This document shows, piece after piece, positions 57,719 through 64,000 of a stretch of DNA of 64,000 nucleotides. How positions within the stretch are numbered: the stretch's first letter is position 1; the number at the start of each line of letters is the position of its first letter. Position numbers and translations under genes: made by a program. The stretch spans positions 416,001 to 480,000 of the forward strand of contig CBDCVK010000010.1 in NCBI GenBank assembly GCA_965223005.1, in the 5' to 3' direction. The DNA is from Terriglobia bacterium (lineage in GTDB: Bacteria > Acidobacteriota > Terriglobia > JAJPHL01 > JAPKYU01). The notes beneath the pieces were generated by a model. It was not told where the DNA came from. It worked only from the letters and a program-made list of their open reading frames with translations, and ran no database searches.

Positions 57719-59968
57719 ATGGAAAGCCCGGCCAAATCTTCGCAAACACTCCCGGAAAACGTTTCGCCGCTGGCGCGCTTCGAGGAGTTGCGGAAGCTGG
57801 TCCTGCAAAACCGTCCCCAGGACGATCTGGACCCGCTGCGGCGCGCTTATGACTTTTCGGCGCAGCACCACATGCGCCAGGTGCGGATGTCGGGAGAGCC
57901 CTACCTATCCCATCCACTGGAAGTCGCGTACCTGCTTGCAGAGATGAAACTGGACGTGGTCTGCGTCGCCACCGGACTGCTGCACGACATCCTGGAGGAC
58001 ACCGACGTGACCCCGGGGGAGCTGAGCGGGCAGTTTGGCCCGGAAGTCACACACCTGGTGGAGGGACTGACGAAGATCAGCCGGCTGGAGTTTTTTACCG
58101 CCGAGGTGCAGCAAGCCGAAAACGTGCGCAAGATGCTGCTGGCTATGGTGGATGACATCCGGGTGATCCTGATCAAATTGGCCGACAGGCTGCACAATAT
58201 GCGAACCTTGCAGTACCTCCCCCCGGACCGCCAGCAGGCCATTGCCCGCGAAACCATGGAGATTTATTCCCCGCTGGCGCACCGCCTGGGAATGAGCAAG
58301 GTGCGCGGCGAACTGGAGGACCTGGCCTTCAGTTATCTGGAACCGGCGGCCTCTCAGGAAATCCGGCAATCACTGGATTCCAAGCGTCGCGTCAATGAAG
58401 CCTTTCTCCATCAAGTGACCGTCACCCTGGAAGGCAAGATGAAGGAGCACGGCATTCCGGCGGTGGTGGAAGGGCGCATCAAGCGGATTTACAGCATCCA
58501 TCAAAAACTGCGTCGGCAGCACATCAGCCTGGATCAGGTGTATGACCTGACGGCCGTGCGTCTTCTCACCGAGTCGGTCAAGGACTGTTACGGCGCCCTC
58601 GGCGTCATTCACAACCTGTGGCGGCCGGTGCCGGGGCGAATCAAGGACTTCATTGCCATGCCTCGGCAGAACCTGTACCAATCACTACACACCTCGGTGA
58701 TCACGGAAACCGGCCAGACCTTCGAGGTGCAGATCCGCACCCACGAGATGCACCGGGGCGCCGAACTGGGGATTGCCGCCCACTGGAAGTACAAGGAGGG
58801 GAAAGTCTCCCCCGGCAAGGATACCCAGACGGCGCACGGCGGCGGGAGCGAGGACCAGCGCGTCGCCTGGCTCCGCCAGTTGGTGGAGTGGGCTCGCGAG
58901 ATGCAGGATCCCAGAGAATTTCTCTCTACGCTGAAAATTGATCTGTACCCGGAAGAGGTTTACACCTTTACACCGCGCGGCAAGGTGGTCACTCTGCCCC
59001 GCGAGGCGACCCCGCTGGATTTCGCCTACACGATCCACACCGAGGTCGGCCACTCCTGCATCGGAGCTAAGGTCAACGGGCGCATCGTCCCGCTCCGCTA
59101 CAAATTGCACAACGGTGATATTGTAGAAATTCTCACCCAACAGGGGCGCACTCCCAGCCGCGACTGGCTGAGCTTTGTCAAAACCTCCAAGGCCCGCAAC
59201 AAGATCCGCCACTGGTTGAACATCATCCAGCGCGAGCGGGCCATTGAAATCGGCAAGCGCCTGCTAGAAAAAGAATCCCGCAAGTACGAGGTAAGCCTTA
59301 AGAAGGTCAGTGAAGAAACCTACCAGAAGGTCGCGCAGGAGTATGGCTACAACAAGGCGGACGATCTGGTGGCCGCAATCGGCTTTGGCAAATACTCAGC
59401 CCGCCAAGTACTGGCCAAGCTGGCCCCCGAGCCCTTACAAGAGCGGTCGCTGGAAGAGATGGGCCGACCGCCGACTGTCAGGAAAGCGCCAGCAGCAGTC
59501 AGTTCCGAAGCAGAACCCATTGTCGTCCGCGGGGCCGAGGACCTGTTGGTGTATCGGGCCAAGTGTTGCAATCCCATCCTGGGCGAAGAGATTGTAGGGT
59601 ACGTCACCCGCGGCAAGGGCATTGCCGTGCATTCCAAGGCCTGTTCCAATGTGGCCAACCTGTTCTACGAACGGGAGCGTCAGATCGAAGTGGAATGGGC
59701 TGGTGACGCCCATCTCGCCGCCGCGTATCCTGTCAAGCTGATGATCTACGTGAAAGACCGTCCGGGCATGGTGCGGGACCTGACCTCGGTGATCGCCGAG
59801 GATAATACCAATATCCGGGATATTGGGGCGAAAGGTCACCCGGCCGAGGGTCAGGCCACCATTGACGTTACGATTGAGGTCGTCGACACCAGGCACCTGG
59901 ATCGGATTGTGGGAGCTATCCGCCGCGTGAGCGGTGTCCATGAAATCGAACGTGTCCTGAGAATGTGA
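57719..59968 (+). CDS. rel: bifunctional (p)ppGpp synthetase/hydrolase Rel
   Basis: SGEPY..HP, LLHD, KLADRLHN, RIKD, EVQIRT, TGS (FTPRG..DFAY.IH), KCCNP, ACT domain. Confidence 0.96.
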   Translation: MESPAKSSQTLPENVSPLARFEELRKLVLQNRPQDDLDPLRRAYDFSAQHHMRQVRMSGEPYLSHPLEVAYLLAEMKLDVVCVATGLLHDILEDTDVTPGELSGQFGPEVTHLVEGLTKISRLEFFTAEVQQAENVRKMLLAMVDDIRVILIKLADRLHNMRTLQYLPPDRQQAIARETMEIYSPLAHRLGMSKVRGELEDLAFSYLEPAASQEIRQSLDSKRRVNEAFLHQVTVTLEGKMKEHGIPAVVEGRIKRIYSIHQKLRRQHISLDQVYDLTAVRLLTESVKDCYGALGVIHNLWRPVPGRIKDFIAMPRQNLYQSLHTSVITETGQTFEVQIRTHEMHRGAELGIAAHWKYKEGKVSPGKDTQTAHGGGSEDQRVAWLRQLVEWAREMQDPREFLSTLKIDLYPEEVYTFTPRGKVVTLPREATPLDFAYTIHTEVGHSCIGAKVNGRIVPLRYKLHNGDIVEILTQQGRTPSRDWLSFVKTSKARNKIRHWLNIIQRERAIEIGKRLLEKESRKYEVSLKKVSEETYQKVAQEYGYNKADDLVAAIGFGKYSARQVLAKLAPEPLQERSLEEMGRPPTVRKAPAAVSSEAEPIVVRGAEDLLVYRAKCCNPILGEEIVGYVTRGKGIAVHSKACSNVANLFYERERQIEVEWAGDAHLAAAYPVKLMIYVKDRPGMVRDLTSVIAEDNTNIRDIGAKGHPAEGQATIDVTIEVVDTRHLDRIVGAIRRVSGVHEIERVLRM

Positions 59969-60049
59969 GGAATGCAACCGGCAGGCCAGTGGCGGCCAAT
60001 GGCCGGACGGTGACGGGCACCATTTCTTCTTGGCAGACGCAACCCCCGC

Positions 60050-60889
60050 TTGTTAGCATTCATCGTCGTGCCCGCACCACAACTCCGGCCCGGACAGGGC
60101 GATCTCTCCGAGGAATTGCGACAACGGTTGCGATGCATGGAACGTCGCGGCCCTTGGGAACTGGGCCTGGCGACCGCCTTGGGCGTGGCTCTGTTCGGCA
60201 TGCTGATTTCCGTAGTGCTGGACCGCGGGCAACTGCAGCTGGAGTACATCCGAATCCCCAGCGCGATGTTCTTCGCCGCGCTAACCCTGCTGTTATTGCT
60301 GGCCTGGCTGGCCCAGGATCTGACCAAGCGCGCCCAGATCGCTCAGCTCCAAATGATGGCGGAGATGCTGCAGCGCCACTTGCGCACCGAGCAGGCCCTT
60401 CGCGACCGGCTCACCGGCGTCTTCAACCGGGCTGCCCTGATGGAATCCGCCACCCATTACATGAATCGGGCGGAGCGCACAGGGGAACCGCTGGCACTGG
60501 TGGTCATGGATCTGGACCGCTTCCACGAGCTGAACAACAAGTTCGGGCATATCGCCGGCGATCTGGCCCTGGCCAGCTTTGCCCAGGTCCTGCAGGGTTC
60601 CACGCGCGGCTCCGACGTGACGGCCCGGTACGGCGGCGACGAGTTTGTGTTGCTGCTGGCTGAGACGACACGCGCCGGCGCGGAGGTGGTGGCTCGCCGT
60701 GTGGAAGAACAACTGCGCGCACACAATGCTCAGGCCGACGAAGGCCGCATTCCGCTGAGCTTCAGCGCCGGAACGGCAGTCTTCCAGAAGGGAATGGACT
60801 TCGAGGCCCTGTTTCGCTTGGCCGACCTGGACTTGCTTCGCCGCAAAGCCGAGCGCCGCGGCGCGGAAGTACCAGCCGCCAGGGACTAA
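60050..60889 (+). CDS. membrane-anchored diguanylate cyclase
   Basis: Two TMs, D.LTGVFNR, DLD.F..N..GH..GD, I-site RGSD, ARYGGDEF; start uncertain. Confidence 0.88.
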   Translation: MLAFIVVPAPQLRPGQGDLSEELRQRLRCMERRGPWELGLATALGVALFGMLISVVLDRGQLQLEYIRIPSAMFFAALTLLLLLAWLAQDLTKRAQIAQLQMMAEMLQRHLRTEQALRDRLTGVFNRAALMESATHYMNRAERTGEPLALVVMDLDRFHELNNKFGHIAGDLALASFAQVLQGSTRGSDVTARYGGDEFVLLLAETTRAGAEVVARRVEEQLRAHNAQADEGRIPLSFSAGTAVFQKGMDFEALFRLADLDLLRRKAERRGAEVPAARD

Positions 60890-60898
60890 GGGTTAGGA

Positions 60899-61411
60899 TC
60901 AAGCCGGCTTTTTCCCCACCAGCAGAGAGCGATTTTCCGGCAGGCGGTGCGCCTGGATCACGGCAAATCCGGCCGCCTCAAAACGTCCCGCCCATTCCTC
61001 CCCGCGTTCCTCCATAGTAGCCGGCTCAATGGAGGCATCGTCTGAGTGTGGATGCGGCTCGGCCATCAGGTAAAACAACCCCTCTGGCGTCAGCACCCGC
61101 AGCACATCGTGTAGGTCAAAGGGCCGGTCCATGGGGAAAGAGTGGCTGAGGGCTTTGGAAAAAAAATCCTGTTTCCAGGGAATTTCCGCAGCGCCGCCCG
61201 GCAGGAACATCACATTGTCCAGATTGCCGCCTCGGACGCGCGCCTTACGCACCCGATCCGGGGAAGAATCCATGGCCACCACCATGCCCTCGGGCGCCCG
61301 CGCCGCCAGGGCAACACTAAGCTCTCCCTGGCCACACTCCAGCTCCAGGATGCGGTCCCGAGGCTGAACCTGCATCAGGTTCAACAGGGCTTCTAGGAAG
61401 GATGGGGACAA
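60899..61411 (-). CDS. class I SAM-dependent methyltransferase
   Basis: ILELECGQG (variant motif I), VAMDSS, RVLTPEG; start uncertain. Confidence 0.75.
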   Translation of the reverse strand: MSPSFLEALLNLMQVQPRDRILELECGQGELSVALAARAPEGMVVAMDSSPDRVRKARVRGGNLDNVMFLPGGAAEIPWKQDFFSKALSHSFPMDRPFDLHDVLRVLTPEGLFYLMAEPHPHSDDASIEPATMEERGEEWAGRFEAAGFAVIQAHRLPENRSLLVGKKPA

Positions 61412-61436
61412 ACGATGGACGCGCGGCCTCCTGGCG

Positions 61437-63342
<1,906 letters not shown>

Positions 63343-63372
63343 ACTGTGTGCGTCCCACACCCAGCATTTCCT

Positions 63373-63378
63373 ATTATA
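63373..63378 (-). promoter_or_regulatory. -10 box upstream of DUF2203-thiC
   Basis: Perfect TATAAT 30 nt before ATG 63342; no convincing -35. Confidence 0.45.
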
Positions 63379-63424
63379 CAACCCCGTCTTCGAGAACCAC
63401 GTCGGTTTCGGGTTGGTCTCGAGC

Positions 63425-64000
63425 TTAACCCCCGATAAACACCATGGTCCGTTCCGGTTTCGCAAAATCCGGATCGTTGATGTGATGCCGCTCTTCCTTG
63501 AGCCGGGTCAGGCAGCAGATGAAGTCGGCGATCTCCCCATCGGAGGCGCCGCAGTGCAAGAGGGGCTTCACATCGTGGTCCCAGAGGGAGAACAGGCAGG
63601 TGCGGATCTTTCCATCCGCGGTCAGCCGAATGCGGCTGCACATGCTGCAGAACGGCATGGAAACCGGGGCCACCAGGCCGATTTCGCCGGGGCCGTCGGC
63701 GAAGCGGTACCTCAGAGCCGTCGAGCTGGGAGTGTCACGCCCGATGGGCACCAGCGGGTAGACCGCACGAATCTTTTCGATGACTTCACGGGCCGTCACC
63801 ACCAGTTCCCGCTTCCAGTTGCGGTCGGCACCCAGAGGCATGAACTCAATGAAACGGACGATGAGGCTCCACTCGCGGGCAAACGCCGCGAAATCCACTA
63901 CCTCATCGTCATTCAACCCACGGACCAGGACCACGTTGACCTTCACCGGTTCCAAGCCCGCGGCCTGAGCCGCCGCGATGCCCTTCAGCACGCGATCGTA
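63425..64000 (-). CDS. moaA: GTP 3',8-cyclase MoaA (5' truncated by window edge)
   Basis: VKVN.V..RG.ND, RFIEFMP, FCSMCSRIRLTADG..RTCL, C-terminal IGG. Confidence 0.93.
   Translation of the reverse strand, partial: YDRVLKGIAAAQAAGLEPVKVNVVLVRGLNDDEVVDFAAFAREWSLIVRFIEFMPLGADRNWKRELVVTAREVIEKIRAVYPLVPIGRDTPSSTALRYRFADGPGEIGLVAPVSMPFCSMCSRIRLTADGKIRTCLFSLWDHDVKPLLHCGASDGEIADFICCLTRLKEERHHINDPDFAKPERTMVFIGG

Overview
GC-rich (roughly 60-65% by eye), gene-dense bacterial chromosome segment. Gene content and protein style suggest Acidobacteriota (inference, not verified). I see no rRNA, tRNA, CRISPR array, prophage or transposase. The first ~13 kb is a compatible-solute/stress island: glucosylglycerate synthase and phosphatase, a frameshifted NarX/NarL-type two-component pair, a Kef K+ antiporter, otsA, a collapsed otsB remnant, DUF5752 and treT, then glnA. 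The rest is mostly housekeeping: ldh, leuS, nfo, a heterodimeric ABC exporter, stand-alone nuoI, glpK, ispH, aroK, ubiD-family, ilvE, tgt-yajC-secD-secF, tonB-exbB-exbD-exbD-TPR, rel, thiC and moaA. The strongest hidden signal is a B12-type radical SAM gene whose apparent TGA stop (28871-28873) is very likely selenocysteine. It reads through as ...PWYC-U-AEPTEEQFALV*, has a SECIS-like hairpin 13 nt downstream, and is coupled to an ATP-grasp ligase of unknown function. Other notable items: a ComEA-like helix-hairpin-helix insert in SecF next to a receptor-less TonB/ExbB/2xExbD/TPR motor, a repeated ACTTTG-N5-CAAAG operator around a wHTH regulator and ispH, a NodE/NodF/NodU-like trio, a family of heptamer repeat arrays, and four frameshifted genes.
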